A stretch of DNA of 64,000 nt from Leptolyngbyaceae cyanobacterium (GTDB taxonomy: Bacteria > Cyanobacteriota > Cyanobacteriia > Phormidesmidales > Phormidesmidaceae). This document shows positions 1-11,798 of the stretch, piece after piece. Each line of letters starts with the position of its first letter. The first letter of the stretch is position 1. The notes under the pieces are model-generated. The model did not search any database, had not been told where the DNA came from, and worked only from the letters and a program-made list of their open reading frames with translations. The position numbers and the translations under genes are program-made. Where the stretch lies: positions 800,001-864,000 of the forward strand of contig CBDHHL010000032.1 of NCBI GenBank assembly GCA_965263355.1. The letters run 5' to 3'.

Positions 1-2896
1 GTAAGAAGCCGAGGGGAACAATCGTGCCATTACGCAATTGGACTGAGCGTTGCAGCTTAGGATCTCCATCTAACAGGGCCTGATTATCCGTCACCTGCAA
101 AACCACCTGGCTAGTGAGATGAAATTCTTGGGCAATCTGGTCAAACACTGCCTGAAAGCTTTCTTGGCGCTCTACTAAACCTAGCTCATTGACATAATGC
201 TGGGCAATTTGTAAGTCGACCTTGGCCAAGGTCATTTCTACTTTAGAAATGGCCATTTTGAAGAAAGGCCACTTGGTGTAGAACGATCGCAACAGCTTGA
301 GATTCTCTTCAGGGGCTTCGTCGATAAACTCCTTCAGGGCGGTACCAACGCCATACCAAGAAGGCAATAGAAAACGAGCCTGGGTCCAGCTAAACACCCA
401 AGGAATAGCCCGTAAGCTGGGTAAATCCTTTTTACCGCCACGCCGGGAGGGTCGAGAACTAATCTGGAGCTGGCTGATCTCTTGAATTGGAGTGACATTG
501 TGGAAAAATTCCACCAGTTCCGGATCTTCGTAAATTAAGGCCCGATAGTGTTGTCTGGAGCACACAGCCAGCTTTTCCATAATGTCTTGCCATGGGGCAA
601 TCTCATCAAAGCTGTTACTCAACAAACTGGCCTGAACAACCGCTGTAGTGACGGTTTCTAGGTTATATAGAGCTAAATCCTTGAGATTGTACTTAGAGGC
701 TAAAACTTCTCCCTGTTCTGTGATTTTGATCCGGCCATTAATACTGCGACCGGGTTGGGCCAAAATCGCTTCATAGGCAGGACCACCGCCACGGCCCACC
801 GAGCCGCCACGGCCATGGAAAATACGGAGGGAAACACCGTACTTTTCGGTCACCTTTTGCAAGGATTGCTGTGCTTTATGGATCTCCCAGTTACTACTCA
901 GAAAACCAGAGTCCTTATTGCTGTCGGAATAGCCCAGCATCACCTCCTGCAGAGGGACTTCCTCAGCAGCAGGTGTGGTGTAGCCTCCTTGCAACATTGA
1001 TAGGTACAAGGGAAGTTCAAATAACTCTTCCATAACTGCCGTGGAACGGCGTAAGTCAGCCACGGTTTCAAACAATGGCACAATGTGCAGACTGCCGATA
1101 CCTGTAGCTGGGTCATATAGACCGGCTTCTTTACCTAAAAGCAATACTTCCAAAATGTCACTCGCATGATCACTCATGCTAATCACATAGCTACGGCAGA
1201 TATCTTGACCAAACTCTTGGTGCAGTTTACGCACCATATGGAAGGTGTCGATGGCCTCCCTTCCCTTGTCTGAAATCGGTAATTCTCTTGGAATTAAGGG
1301 GCGTCGAGTACTGAGTTCAGCTGTCAGCCACTCAACTTTTTCAGCTTCAGAAAGGTCGTTGTAGAGTTTGGGTAGCTGTAAATACTCAGTGATTTCATGA
1401 ATGGTGTCTGAGTGGCGGGTGCTTTCCTGGCGAATATCCAACTGAGCCAAACTAAACCCGTAAATTTCTACCTGGCTCAGCAAAATATCCAGTTCTCGAC
1501 ATACCAGCCCTGTTTCTTCCAAACTTTGGTGGATTAACTTTAACTCAGCTAGAAATGCCGCTCCAGATTCATATAAAGTCCCTGGTGAGATAACTGTGTC
1601 TTCTTCTTGGAGATAGTCACCGTTGTAGAGCTTTTGACTACGCTTATGGGTGTTTTCCAACCGTTTTTGAACGTAGGCCAGCTTCAGTCGATAGGGCTCT
1701 TGGCGATAGCGAATTGCAAATTCCTCATAGACATCGGGCATTTGCAAGCGATCCTGTTCTAAGGACTCCAACAGGTCAGGTAATACTTCACTCCAATGCA
1801 GGGATGGGCTCAGTAAGCCTGAGAGTTTCTGCACCGATGCCATGTATTTACCCAGCACCAAATTTCGCTGGTATGAAGCAGTTTTCCAGGTAACTTGGGG
1901 AGTCACTGAGGGGTTACCATCGCGATCGCTACCCACCCAGGAACCAAAACGACAAAACCGATGACGAGGCGGTTTCAGACCTGGAAACGTTCTATTAAGA
2001 GCACGGTTGAATCGCTGATATAACTCAGGGATAGCATCAAACAGCACAACGTCAAAGTAGTGCAAGGTGAAATCCACCTCATCCAAGACAGAGGGCTTAA
2101 ATTGGTGTAATTCATCTGTGCGCCACCACAGCCGAATCTCTTCAGTCAGTTCTTCCTCTAGTTGAATAATGTCCCAGGATGAGGTTTGTTCACGCATCCT
2201 TGCCTGTTCTTCAGCCAGGTCCAAACTTCGTAAAATACTGGAGATCCGACGCTGCTTATCACGAATGGTATGACGAACAATCTCAGTCGGATGCGCTGTA
2301 AACACCAGACGCACATCCAACTGGTCAATCAAATTTTGGATATGTCTGGGGGGGACATTAAGCTGGCTAAGGAGGGGGAATAGCCAGTGAAATGTGCCTG
2401 TGCCTCGATGTTTTTGGGCAACGTTAGCAACATCGGTACTGACTAAATTATTTAAGAAGGCATCACCACCGCCAGAAGGGCGCTGGGCGTCACGATTCGC
2501 ACCATTCCTCACCCCATCATTGGCGACGGCTTGATAATGCTTACGCTGATCTTGCTGTTCGTAATGTTGCTCAACAATATTGATTAACTGAAAGTAAAGG
2601 GCAAAGGCCCGAGCCATGCGAATAGCGTCTTCCAGACTCAGTTGCTCAATCAGCTGGAGGGCATTGGCATTATCTAACGCCGGATCTGCCTGACCATCTG
2701 GAGCACACATCCGACGAATATTTTTGAGCAAGCTTACCAGGTCTGCTCCGCATTCGGTCTCTAAAACTGATTCCCATATGCTTTCAACCGTGCTTAGACG
2801 GTGCCTTAGAAACGCTTCAGATGCCTCCTCCGGAACGGAACGGGGCTCGGATTTCGTTAGGACCATATCATCTTGGTAGGAAACAGTTGGACTCAT
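1..2896 (-). CDS. ppc: Phosphoenolpyruvate carboxylase (3' end runs off window start)
   Basis: Manual minus-strand translation from ATG at 2896: [10 protein letters not shown]...[17 protein letters not shown], with PEPC motifs [44 protein letters not shown] and [12 protein letters not shown]. Missing from the ORF track because it is open-ended. Confidence 0.97.
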   Translation of the reverse strand, partial: MSPTVSYQDDMVLTKSEPRSVPEEASEAFLRHRLSTVESIWESVLETECGADLVSLLKNIRRMCAPDGQADPALDNANALQLIEQLSLEDAIRMARAFALYFQLINIVEQHYEQQDQRKHYQAVANDGVRNGANRDAQRPSGGGDAFLNNLVSTDVANVAQKHRGTGTFHWLFPLLSQLNVPPRHIQNLIDQLDVRLVFTAHPTEIVRHTIRDKQRRISSILRSLDLAEEQARMREQTSSWDIIQLEEELTEEIRLWWRTDELHQFKPSVLDEVDFTLHYFDVVLFDAIPELYQRFNRALNRTFPGLKPPRHRFCRFGSWVGSDRDGNPSVTPQVTWKTASYQRNLVLGKYMASVQKLSGLLSPSLHWSEVLPDLLESLEQDRLQMPDVYEEFAIRYRQEPYRLKLAYVQKRLENTHKRSQKLYNGDYLQEEDTVISPGTLYESGAAFLAELKLIHQSLEETGLVCRELDILLSQVEIYGFSLAQLDIRQESTRHSDTIHEITEYLQLPKLYNDLSEAEKVEWLTAELSTRRPLIPRELPISDKGREAIDTFHMVRKLHQEFGQDICRSYVISMSDHASDILEVLLLGKEAGLYDPATGIGSLHIVPLFETVADLRRSTAVMEELFELPLYLSMLQGGYTTPAAEEVPLQEVMLGYSDSNKDSGFLSSNWEIHKAQQSLQKVTEKYGVSLRIFHGRGGSVGRGGGPAYEAILAQPGRSINGRIKITEQGEVLASKYNLKDLALYNLETVTTAVVQASLLSNSFDEIAPWQDIMEKLAVCSRQHYRALIYEDPELVEFFHNVTPIQEISQLQISSRPSRRGGKKDLPSLRAIPWVFSWTQARFLLPSWYGVGTALKEFIDEAPEENLKLLRSFYTKWPFFKMAISKVEMTLAKVDLQIAQHYVNELGLVERQESFQAVFDQIAQEFHLTSQVVLQVTDNQALLDGDPKLQRSVQLRNGTIVPLGFL

Positions 2897-3015
2897 TCAA
2901 CGTCTGTAGTAACGGCTGAAAGACAGGCGTACCCCATTTTCGGAATCTCCGAGAAAATTGTAGAGGCTTTCGGACGTTCCAAAGCATTTTCGGATCGGAT
3001 GATCGACAAAAATGT

Positions 3016-3246
3016 TTATAAAGGTCTGTGGGGATCAGCGTCTAAAACGGGCAACTGAATACCCCGAAATACCTCTTCACTGGCCATACCAAACTGCATC
3101 AGCCAATAAGTCAAGGCACGACCTACGATCAATAATCCCAGACAGGGAAATGTGGCTAAGGCTAGCCCAAGTTTAGGATTGTTAACCAACGTAAACGACA
3201 GATTGTTTACAGGTTTCTGGGTAGATTTTTCACGAAAAGGTTGCAT
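3016..3246 (-). CDS. Small cyanobacterial hypothetical protein (one hydrophobic segment)
   Basis: ORF 3016..3309 with likely start at MQPFREK. The C-terminal GMASEEVFRGIQLPVL resembles a motif I recall from small conserved cyanobacterial proteins. Confidence 0.6.
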   Translation of the reverse strand: MQPFREKSTQKPVNNLSFTLVNNPKLGLALATFPCLGLLIVGRALTYWLMQFGMASEEVFRGIQLPVLDADPHRPL

Positions 3247-3545
3247 TAGTAAGGTGCTCGTAGTAAACGTATAGCAACTTGGAAAATATGATTGCCAATA
3301 CTGGCACATTTATGCTGTGACAGGTCCTTTATTTTGAAGGCAGGGGCAGGGGCTATTTCCAACCTAGCAGGTGCTAATAATTCTAGATGCAGTTTTCACC
3401 GTAAATATTGCAGAAATATTGCGAACTGTATATCGACCCATAGGCCCAAATTAAGGAACTGCTACTTGACTAAACTTACTTGGGAAACTACATTTTGGCG
3501 GTCGAAGTGTTTTGGTTCTCGAACTGTTATGGGATCTGAGGGGCT

Positions 3546-6500
3546 ATGTTCAGTCACGTAAAATCTGATCAACCATCGACATTGGCCCCCACGGCATTGT
3601 TGCCCTGGCTTGAGGACGTGGTTAATAGGGCAGAGTGCACCTTGAAGCTCAAGCTAAGAGGCAACATTCTGCATATTTATGCTCAATCTACTGATGGGCT
3701 AGATCGGGAATATGTTTTATTGCGATTGGTGCGATCGCTCCTGGACCCAGACCGCGAAGCATCAGTCATTAAAGAATTTCCTCAAATTTATCAGCTCTAC
3801 TTCTACAGTGGCCGTTCGGAAGAGCAAAAGCCCGATTGGTCGACACCTATTTATCTAAATCGTCTGGAGCGTCATTTAGAGCAATTGGTGGAAACCAGTG
3901 CCGATCTGGAGGAAATGAAGCGTTCAACCGCTCATTTAACCTCAGGTATTGGATATTTAGATGATGCTACATCGGCCATTGTGCTCTCCAACGCCAGTTT
4001 GGCTCGTAAAGGAGACCCGGATGCGATCGCACGGTACCTGAGCCAAACCCTGAGTTCCTTAGATGTGGGGGTAGATGTCGTAGTCAACGCCATTCCGGGT
4101 AAGGCTAAGCGAGCCCAAGGGGTGATTACAGCCGCAACAACAGTTGACCCCAGCCAGGAACTAATCAACCGCCTGTGGATTTTGTGCCGAGCCGCCTACA
4201 GCCCTGATCCGGCGATGATTGCCGAACCGACAGCACAGCGGTTGCGGGACCTGAAGCTAACTCAATTTCAAGATGCGGTGATTTCGGTGCAGGTGCTCGG
4301 GGAAGATAACCCCGACTGGCGGCTGCGGGTGGACTTGACACCGGATGAAGAAATTCTCAAAGAGTGGAGCCGTTGGGGGGATACGGAGTCGATTAGTCGA
4401 TTACTGAATCAGGCATTAGCCCCGCTGGATATCAGCGTCTCACCGGAGGTCAAGGACTCTACATTGCACTTGGTGTGCCAGCCGTTGGCAACGGGTCAAA
4501 CCACCGTAGCTTCATCAGACGATGAGTCTGCCGCTGGGGATGCTGAGGCAGCCGTTATTGATGCGATCGCGCCCCCGCTCGAACAGCTTGCCCCCCAGGG
4601 GGTGAGCCGGGCCATAGTCTATGGTCCTAGTTTAGATGGGGTTAATCCAGTGTGGCTTAAGTGCCTGGACTTACCGGCCAGTGAGCATTTGGACCTGGCC
4701 ATTCCCACCACTGAGCTGGCTCGCCAGGGTGATTTACCTGCCGTTGCCTACTGTTTGACCAAGCAGCTTAATCCTGATTTAGACGAGCAGCTATCGACTG
4801 GTGGTATTCGTGTGCAGTTGTTGACACGAGAACAACGATTGCACATCATGATTGACGGCCCGGTCTGTCCGCCTCGACGGCAAGTAGTGCCACAACTAAA
4901 ACAGTATCTGCTCGAGCATCCCATCAAAGGGCTAGTAGGTTTTCGCATTTACGGGCGGCGGGCGGGGCAAAAGCGGCCCGACTGGAATTATGGCTATGAC
5001 CGACAACCTAAAAAGCGTTTAGTCCCAGAAGCCGCTCCTGAGTTTGCGGCATCCGATGCGTATTTAGAAGATTTAATTGAACCAGATAACGAGGTCAGTG
5101 CAGAGACCTGGAGTCAACCTTGGTCCCACCGATTGGTTGAGCAGGTACGGATGCTGTTGATTAAAACTCAGTTGTTTGCCTCAGCTACCACCAACCCTGA
5201 GGACCCATTAGTGGGTACTCGCTTGCCCGGGAAACAGAGAATAGCGATCGCTTGGACCGCGCTGGGATTACTATTGGCGTTTCAGGCAGATTGGATTGCA
5301 GGCCAGTTATTTAAGGCCCAGTCACTGGCCATAAAGGCCCAGCAAACCTCCTCCTCAACAGCTCGGCAAAATCAAAAGCCATCCACCTTTGAAGAAGAAC
5401 TCGCCAAGCTAAACTGGGGGCCAAAAGACGGGGATGCGTCCATTACATTGAATGGTGCGGTACCAGGGTTTGCTAGCTCATCTATCAATGATAACGATTT
5501 GATTGGCAGCCCCCTGCAAACAACGGTTTCCATGGCTGATGTATTGGCAAACTCGCCATTTCCATCCTTTAAAAGCCAGCAGCTAAATGAAAAACTGGCC
5601 CTTTATGACTGGCACGTATCTGAAGAAGGGGTGCCTGATGTATTGGTATTTGGCAGCTCCCGAGCACTGCGGGGGGTGGATCCAGCAGCCCTAAGACGGG
5701 CTTTGGGAACCCTGGGCCACGAAGATGTCAGTATTTTTAATTTCGGGGTAAATGGAGCCACAGCTCAGATAGCGGATCTAGTAGTTCGACAGCTGCTGAC
5801 TAGTTATCCATTGCCAAAGATAATTATCTGGGCCGATGGAGCGCGGGCATTTAATAGCTCACGGGTGGATGTGACCTTTAATGCGATCTCAACCTCAGAA
5901 GGCTATCAGCAATTGATTACGGGTGAACTCTTTCCTGACGGTGCTGGTCAAATGACTGGCTCGCTCATAAATCCTGCCGAGCAACTTAACCGCTTTTACA
6001 CCCGTACCGATCAGCAATTAAGTGATGCCCTAGGACAGATCTCTTCAGCCTATGGAGAACGGTTTCGTCTGCAAAAGTTAACTCAGTTCAGTCCGCCCAA
6101 TTCTAATACCCCATCAAAATCGGCTGCCATTAACCCAACAGAAACCGATTTAATTGATGCCGATGGATTTCTGCCCCTGGCAATTCAATTTAATCCAGCC
6201 ACGTATTACTTAGCTCATCCACGTGTCGCAGGGGCATACGATGGCGACTACAAAGCCTTTCAGATGGAAGGCCCCCAAATTGATGCCCTGAGACGAATGT
6301 TGGCTTACACCCAAACTGAAAACGTCACCATTGCCTTTGTTAATACGCCCCTGACCGATGAGTACCTTGACCCTGCCCGCCTAGATGTGGAAAGTCGTTT
6401 TCAGCGCTATATGCTGCAATTAGCTGCCCAAGAACCAGGATTGCTGTACCGCGATCTCGGGCAGCTATGGCCCAAACGCTACGACTATTTTTCTGACCCT

Positions 6501-6602
6501 AGTCACCTAAACCGGTTTGGTGCCTATCAACTATCTAATCGTCTGGCGCAGGATCCCATGATTCCTTGGAGCAAACTTAAGTCTCCTACTGATGCAGACT
6601 AG
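3546..6602 (+). CDS. DUF1574-like protein: long N-terminal region, TM helix, C-terminal SGNH/DltD-AlgJ-like domain
   Basis: 1018 aa. SGNH-type blocks VFGSSRAL, NFGVNGA and DPSHLN. Directly upstream of an MBOAT gene. Confidence 0.75.
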   Translation: MFSHVKSDQPSTLAPTALLPWLEDVVNRAECTLKLKLRGNILHIYAQSTDGLDREYVLLRLVRSLLDPDREASVIKEFPQIYQLYFYSGRSEEQKPDWSTPIYLNRLERHLEQLVETSADLEEMKRSTAHLTSGIGYLDDATSAIVLSNASLARKGDPDAIARYLSQTLSSLDVGVDVVVNAIPGKAKRAQGVITAATTVDPSQELINRLWILCRAAYSPDPAMIAEPTAQRLRDLKLTQFQDAVISVQVLGEDNPDWRLRVDLTPDEEILKEWSRWGDTESISRLLNQALAPLDISVSPEVKDSTLHLVCQPLATGQTTVASSDDESAAGDAEAAVIDAIAPPLEQLAPQGVSRAIVYGPSLDGVNPVWLKCLDLPASEHLDLAIPTTELARQGDLPAVAYCLTKQLNPDLDEQLSTGGIRVQLLTREQRLHIMIDGPVCPPRRQVVPQLKQYLLEHPIKGLVGFRIYGRRAGQKRPDWNYGYDRQPKKRLVPEAAPEFAASDAYLEDLIEPDNEVSAETWSQPWSHRLVEQVRMLLIKTQLFASATTNPEDPLVGTRLPGKQRIAIAWTALGLLLAFQADWIAGQLFKAQSLAIKAQQTSSSTARQNQKPSTFEEELAKLNWGPKDGDASITLNGAVPGFASSSINDNDLIGSPLQTTVSMADVLANSPFPSFKSQQLNEKLALYDWHVSEEGVPDVLVFGSSRALRGVDPAALRRALGTLGHEDVSIFNFGVNGATAQIADLVVRQLLTSYPLPKIIIWADGARAFNSSRVDVTFNAISTSEGYQQLITGELFPDGAGQMTGSLINPAEQLNRFYTRTDQQLSDALGQISSAYGERFRLQKLTQFSPPNSNTPSKSAAINPTETDLIDADGFLPLAIQFNPATYYLAHPRVAGAYDGDYKAFQMEGPQIDALRRMLAYTQTENVTIAFVNTPLTDEYLDPARLDVESRFQRYMLQLAAQEPGLLYRDLGQLWPKRYDYFSDPSHLNRFGAYQLSNRLAQDPMIPWSKLKSPTDAD

Positions 6603-6626
6603 TGAAATATATACAATTTTGCTGCA

Positions 6627-8081
6627 ATGACCTTGCCCTCTATCTTCTACGGTTTATTTCTGCTCAGCACTGGCTTAGTCTATTGGCTGTTACCAGGACG
6701 TGGTCCTAAACTGTGGCTGCTGTTTTTAGCCAGCCTGGTATTTTACGGGTCGTTACAGCTGCAGTATGTCCCGATTTTACTGACTTTGATCTTCGCTAAC
6801 TATTTAATCGGTCGACGTCTCAGCGCCCCCCTAGATTGGCGAATACCCAATGAAGAATGGCATTTTGCTCAGCAGGACTGGGACAGAAAGCGATTGGCGC
6901 TACTGTGGGTTGGCATTAGCTTGAATATATTGCTATTGCTAGGGTTTAAGTATTTTTTTCCGATAGCAGCGACCGTTAACTCGAGTTTTCAACTGCTGAT
7001 GCCCTTGGGACTAAGCTTCTTTTGCTTTGAGTCCATTGCCTATTTAGTAGACATTTATCGTGGAGCCCCTGCAGCCAATCACTTTATTGAATTTGCTGCC
7101 TACAAATTATTTTTTCCAAAGTTGATTGCTGGCCCTATTACTCGATTTCAAAGCTATATCAGCCAAATGAAACACCCCCGCTTCCCTAACCTGGAACAGT
7201 TGGTAGAAGCAGGTTGGCTAATTGCGTCAGGGGCCACCAAAAAACTACTCCTTGCAGATCGTATTGGTCTGCTTGTCAATCTCAGTTTCGATAATCTAGA
7301 ACGGGCTGGCAGTGGTGACCTATGGCTAGCGATCTTTGCTTATGGTCTGCAGCTTTACCTCGACTTTAGTGGCTATGTGGATATTGCCCGAGGTAGTGCC
7401 CTACTGTTAGGCATTCAGCTCCCCCAAAATTTTGACTTTCCCTATTTCACTACCAGCATTGCTGATTTTTGGCGACGGTGGCACATCACTCTAGGTGACT
7501 GGCTCCGCAACTATCTTTACTTTCCCTTAGGTGGGTCTCGCAAAGGTTTAGGTAGAACTTGCCTAAACCTACTAATTGTGATGCTGGTAGCTGGTATTTG
7601 GCATGGCGATCAGTGGGGATTTCTCATTTGGGGAGGACTCCACGGTTTAGCTTTGATTATTCACCGGCTAAATCACACATTGGCCGACACACGCACCGGG
7701 CTAAAAGCCTTTTGGTCTAGTTGGCCCGGTGCTGTCAGCGCCTGGGCATTTACCCAACTGTTTGTATTCCTAAGCTGGGTACCTTTCCGACTACCAAACC
7801 CTCAAGATTTAGGGCTAGCCGCCAGTCGCTTTTTCAATCAGGCAGCAGATATACAATTCGCCCAAAAAGTTTACCTAGAATCTTTGGGGATTAGCCGTGT
7901 GGGCATTATCGTCATGTTACTTGGACTAACAGGCATTATGGCATTGCTTCATGGTTTCAGGTACCGACTCAAGCTACAAATTAGCTGGCCCTTAAAACTA
8001 ATGTTTATTCCGGTTGGTCTATACTTTGCTTGGCTATTAGCCCCGATTGAAACCGTGCCCTACATATACTTTGAGTTTTAG
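6627..8081 (+). CDS. MBOAT family membrane-bound O-acyltransferase (AlgI/DltB-like)
   Basis: Motifs MPLGLSFF, FFPKLIAGPI, QLYLDFSGY, FWRRWHITL..WLRNYLYFPLGG and GIWHG. Confidence 0.93.
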   Translation: MTLPSIFYGLFLLSTGLVYWLLPGRGPKLWLLFLASLVFYGSLQLQYVPILLTLIFANYLIGRRLSAPLDWRIPNEEWHFAQQDWDRKRLALLWVGISLNILLLLGFKYFFPIAATVNSSFQLLMPLGLSFFCFESIAYLVDIYRGAPAANHFIEFAAYKLFFPKLIAGPITRFQSYISQMKHPRFPNLEQLVEAGWLIASGATKKLLLADRIGLLVNLSFDNLERAGSGDLWLAIFAYGLQLYLDFSGYVDIARGSALLLGIQLPQNFDFPYFTTSIADFWRRWHITLGDWLRNYLYFPLGGSRKGLGRTCLNLLIVMLVAGIWHGDQWGFLIWGGLHGLALIIHRLNHTLADTRTGLKAFWSSWPGAVSAWAFTQLFVFLSWVPFRLPNPQDLGLAASRFFNQAADIQFAQKVYLESLGISRVGIIVMLLGLTGIMALLHGFRYRLKLQISWPLKLMFIPVGLYFAWLLAPIETVPYIYFEF

Positions 8082-8462
8082 CTGTAAGCTTGAACCTGGA
8101 ATTTAGACGTTAGTTCATAGTTGATTTCTATGCCCTAATTTTTTTAACCATCGGTCCAGGAACTAGATGCTTGGCTCCACCGTAACTTCTGACTTATTGC
8201 AATTCGAAAGACTTAGTTAGATTTATTGCTAACAGGCATTACTGGCATCCTTAATTAGCTGACGTCTGACTGCATCATTTAGACAAACTTTCCAATTCCA
8301 AGCTGTCCATTGTTTTATGAGAGCTGTTTTAACAGTTCTCATTATTTGGATGATTAGCAAATTTTATTTAAGCCGACATCATTTAGCAAAAGCCTTTGTC
8401 ACGTGGGGAGTTCGAAACTTTAGACAGATATCAGCCAAGCTGGAATTAATTGCTAAGCAATG

Positions 8463-8491
8463 TTGCAAAAAACAAATTGTAACGTTATATT
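8463..8491 (+). promoter_or_regulatory. Putative sigma70-type psbA promoter
   Basis: TTGCAA (8463-8468), 17 bp spacer, TATATT (8486-8491), ~80 nt upstream of the psbA ATG. Confidence 0.6.
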
Positions 8492-8569
8492 TATATACAA
8501 GCGAGCAGGGAATATTATTTCCTCCCTGTAAGCCATACATACCGTACCTTTACAACGCAATAATTCATC

Positions 8570-9652
8570 ATGACGACTACTCTACAGCAGCGCGAAAGCG
8601 CTAACCTGTGGGATCAGTTTTGTGAGTGGGTTACTAGCACTGAGAACCGCCTTTATGTAGGTTGGTTTGGCGTACTAATGATCCCCACACTACTTGCTGC
8701 CACTGCATGTTTCGTAATTGCCTTCATCGCTGCTCCTCCCGTTGACATTGACGGTATCCGCGAGCCCGTTGCTGGTTCTCTCATCTTGGGTAACAACATC
8801 ATTTCTGGTGCAGTTATTCCTTCTTCCAACGCTATCGGTCTACACTTCTACCCCATCTGGGAAGCAGCTTCTCTAGATGAGTGGTTGTACAACGGTGGCC
8901 CTTACCAGCTAGTAATTTTCCACTTCTTGATCGGTGTATTCTGCTACATGGGTCGTGAGTGGGAACTTTCCTACCGCTTGGGTATGCGTCCTTGGATCTG
9001 TGTTGCTTACTCTGCTCCTGTAGCTGCGGCAACTGCAGTATTCTTGATCTACCCCATCGGTCAGGGTTCTTTCTCTGATGGTATGCCCCTAGGTATCTCC
9101 GGTACGTTCAACTTCATGCTTGTTTTCCAGGCTGAGCACAACATCCTAATGCACCCCTTCCACATGTTGGGTGTGGCGGGTGTATTCGGTGGTTCCTTGT
9201 TCTCCGCTATGCACGGTTCTCTAGTGACTTCCTCCTTGGTTCGTGAGACCACTGAGACTGAGTCTTTGAACTATGGTTACAAGTTTGGTCAGGAAGAAGA
9301 GACTTACAACATTGTTGCAGCTCACGGCTACTTCGGTCGTTTGATCTTCCAGTATGCTTCCTTCAACAACAGCCGTTCCTTGCACTTCTTCTTGGGTGCA
9401 TGGCCTGTAGTTGGTATCTGGTTCACTGCACTGGGTATTTCCACTATGGCGTTCAACTTGAACGGTTTCAACTTCAACCAGTCCATCATCGACTCTCAGG
9501 GTCGTGTTGTCAGCACTTGGGCTGATGTAATCAACCGTGCCAACCTAGGTATGGAAGTAATGCACGAGCGTAACGCTCACAACTTCCCTCTAGACTTGGC
9601 TGCTGGTGAAGCTGCTCCTGTTGCAATGGTTGCTCCTCAAATCAACGCTTAG
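8570..9652 (+). CDS. psbA: Photosystem II reaction centre D1 protein (standard form, Gln130)
   Basis: 360 aa [14 protein letters not shown]...HNFPLDLA. Strong high-expression codon bias. GGPYQL gives Gln130. Confidence 0.99.
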   Translation: MTTTLQQRESANLWDQFCEWVTSTENRLYVGWFGVLMIPTLLAATACFVIAFIAAPPVDIDGIREPVAGSLILGNNIISGAVIPSSNAIGLHFYPIWEAASLDEWLYNGGPYQLVIFHFLIGVFCYMGREWELSYRLGMRPWICVAYSAPVAAATAVFLIYPIGQGSFSDGMPLGISGTFNFMLVFQAEHNILMHPFHMLGVAGVFGGSLFSAMHGSLVTSSLVRETTETESLNYGYKFGQEEETYNIVAAHGYFGRLIFQYASFNNSRSLHFFLGAWPVVGIWFTALGISTMAFNLNGFNFNQSIIDSQGRVVSTWADVINRANLGMEVMHERNAHNFPLDLAAGEAAPVAMVAPQINA

Positions 9653-9695
9653 TCAATTTGATGTAATTGCAATTGAGCTAATTTAACTTAGCCGC

Positions 9696-9724
9696 GAAAG
9701 CACCTCTCACTTGGGGGTGCTTTC
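9696..9724 (+). terminator. Intrinsic terminator after psbA
   Basis: Hairpin GAAAGCACCTC-tcactt-GGGGGTGCTTTC. Confidence 0.75.
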
Positions 9725-10011
9725 TGCGTTTAAAGCAGTTTTTTAACACAGTTGTCATAATTACCTATAAGGTTGCTCTAAACTACGTCTAAGTTGAAAC
9801 CTGGAGGTTTCTCTAGGTCAAAACGACCGTTCTAGGCGTGGACGAGGTTTAATTCCTGGCCCCTGAGCTGATCGTTAGATGATGTAGTGAGGTAGATGCG
9901 ATTATAGACACCAACGTTCTATTATTAGGACATTCCTCAATAAAGTGTTTTCCTGCCATCATGCTTTGCTCGCCTAGTTACGGCATACTCAATGCAGATA
10001 GCGTTTTAGTT

Positions 10012-10368
10012 ATGTTAGATATTGAATTTTTTAGTAGTGATAAGCAACCAATGTGTCGTGTACAGGTAGCTGACACGTTTTTGCTATGGCTTGCCCGCAC
10101 TGATTTTGCCCGGATTGGTGAGGAGGCTGCTACGGATTTATCTATCAATGGCGAACGCTTGACGCTACCGCTGGTAAAACTAGCACCAGCAACTCGCAAA
10201 ACGTTTATAGAGTTCTTTACAGAGTCCGTAGTACTTCATACGAAGCAAATACTTTTACAGTTAGAGCAAGATAAACCCCAGGCAGAATTGGTGTATCGCT
10301 TAAAAAAGCTAATTGAGTTATTAGATTGTTTAAAAAACGAGGATTATCAATACTTACAGCGGGTTTAA
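10012..10368 (+). CDS. Hypothetical protein
   Basis: ORF 9961..10368 with likely start MLDIEFF. Protein-like composition, no recognised family. Confidence 0.65.
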   Translation: MLDIEFFSSDKQPMCRVQVADTFLLWLARTDFARIGEEAATDLSINGERLTLPLVKLAPATRKTFIEFFTESVVLHTKQILLQLEQDKPQAELVYRLKKLIELLDCLKNEDYQYLQRV

Positions 10369-10433
10369 TTCGAAAGCCTGGTTACCGACCCTTGGTGTTG
10401 CAGGGCAACCATGAGAGATTGCCCCTAGGCTGC

Positions 10434-11750
10434 TTAAGACTGCTGGGCAAATTGCTCAGGATAGATACCCCAATTCACCCACCGAATCGCCTCCCTGGCG
10501 GACTGCACGTTAGGAGGTACTCGAATCGCATGAATAAAATTAGTGCTGGGACATACCATTTTCAATAAACAAATGGACTGGCCATCAATATCATCAACCA
10601 GTTCATTTAATTTGAGTAAGGTATATTCTTGCCAAACATCCATCTCTGAAGCATGTAGCTCCCGACAGATGCGATCGTAACCAATACCCTGGATTAAAAT
10701 TCGCCGCAGTTCAGCATTGGTTTCATCTAATAACCACGTTGAAGCCCAGTTTTCAGGTTTAACCTGTCCATATTTTTTAGGCAGCGCTACACCATGATGA
10801 AAATAAAGACCATAGCCGTCTGCATATAAAACAGAAAATTCTCCTTCCGCATGCAGACGCTCACCCGCATCAAATGAGAGCTTGATGGGACGACTGCAAA
10901 CAAAGCAAACGTTCTCATAGGGTAAAATCCAGCCACAATGGCTGGTTAATCCTTGAAAAGCAAACCATTTTTCAGCATCGTATTTACAGTTCAGGCTATT
11001 AATACAAAAATCCCACCACACTCCCTGAACTGCCCAAAGTTCCGGATAAATACATTGATCATACGCAATATAGTGACTGAGTTGCTTGCCTAGACGATGT
11101 ACAAAGCGGCTAAATTGTTGATGCTGCAACAATATCTCTAACCGCTTCAATTGAGAAAGCACAGACTTGTCGCTGATACGACAACGTAGCTTATGCACCA
11201 AGCAAGCCGCCATCTGCATATAAAGCCGACCAACTTGCTTTTCTACCAATTCGGTCAAAGAACGCTTTAATGCCGGATTAGACAGTTTCTGTTTTACTAA
11301 AGATAATTTTTCTACAGACAAACGGCGCTCTGGCTGCTTAATAAGCGGATTTTGCAGTTTTTTTAAGAGAGCACTTTGTTGTGTGCCAAAGGTTTGACTA
11401 CTCTGCTTTTTTAATGAAATACCCAAATTATGTACCAAAAACTGGGCAAGTTGGCTATTCAGGTTGGGACCACATTGGTTGAGATACAATTCAATCTTTT
11501 CAATCAGATCTTGCTCTAAATCGTTAACCAGATTTCCTAAAATCTGTCCCAGAGCAGCATAAGGACTCTCACAAAAAATGACTTGAGGCATTGGTAATTC
11601 TACAGCTGCATAAGCTGTCGTAATCGCCTCAGTTGCACTATTTGGCTCAATTGCTTGTTTGGGAAAGATTTGAGCTTGCCATTTTTTCTCTATCTGCGAC
11701 GCTTGCTTAAGCTGTTTTTGTGTCAGGTTACTTGGTTGTTGCCAAAACAT
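10434..11750 (-). CDS. DUF6745 domain-containing protein
   Basis: Motifs CGWILPYENVCFVCSRP, LHAEGE..VLYADGYGLYFHHGV, NAELRRILIQGIGYDRI and CPSTNFIHAIRVPP. Confidence 0.85.
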   Translation of the reverse strand: MFWQQPSNLTQKQLKQASQIEKKWQAQIFPKQAIEPNSATEAITTAYAAVELPMPQVIFCESPYAALGQILGNLVNDLEQDLIEKIELYLNQCGPNLNSQLAQFLVHNLGISLKKQSSQTFGTQQSALLKKLQNPLIKQPERRLSVEKLSLVKQKLSNPALKRSLTELVEKQVGRLYMQMAACLVHKLRCRISDKSVLSQLKRLEILLQHQQFSRFVHRLGKQLSHYIAYDQCIYPELWAVQGVWWDFCINSLNCKYDAEKWFAFQGLTSHCGWILPYENVCFVCSRPIKLSFDAGERLHAEGEFSVLYADGYGLYFHHGVALPKKYGQVKPENWASTWLLDETNAELRRILIQGIGYDRICRELHASEMDVWQEYTLLKLNELVDDIDGQSICLLKMVCPSTNFIHAIRVPPNVQSAREAIRWVNWGIYPEQFAQQS

Positions 11751-11798
11751 CTGTTGCCCCCATGAATATTTATGTTTTACCTACAGCTCAAGACAACG

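Noticed and set aside
8570..9652. Atypical (rogue, far-red or microaerobic) D1
   Set aside because: Mn-cluster ligand region and C-terminus look standard
9770..9900. Hairpins after psbA resembling a HEARO/omega RNA
   Set aside because: Only a CTACGT hexamer and one hairpin; no IscB or TnpB gene adjacent
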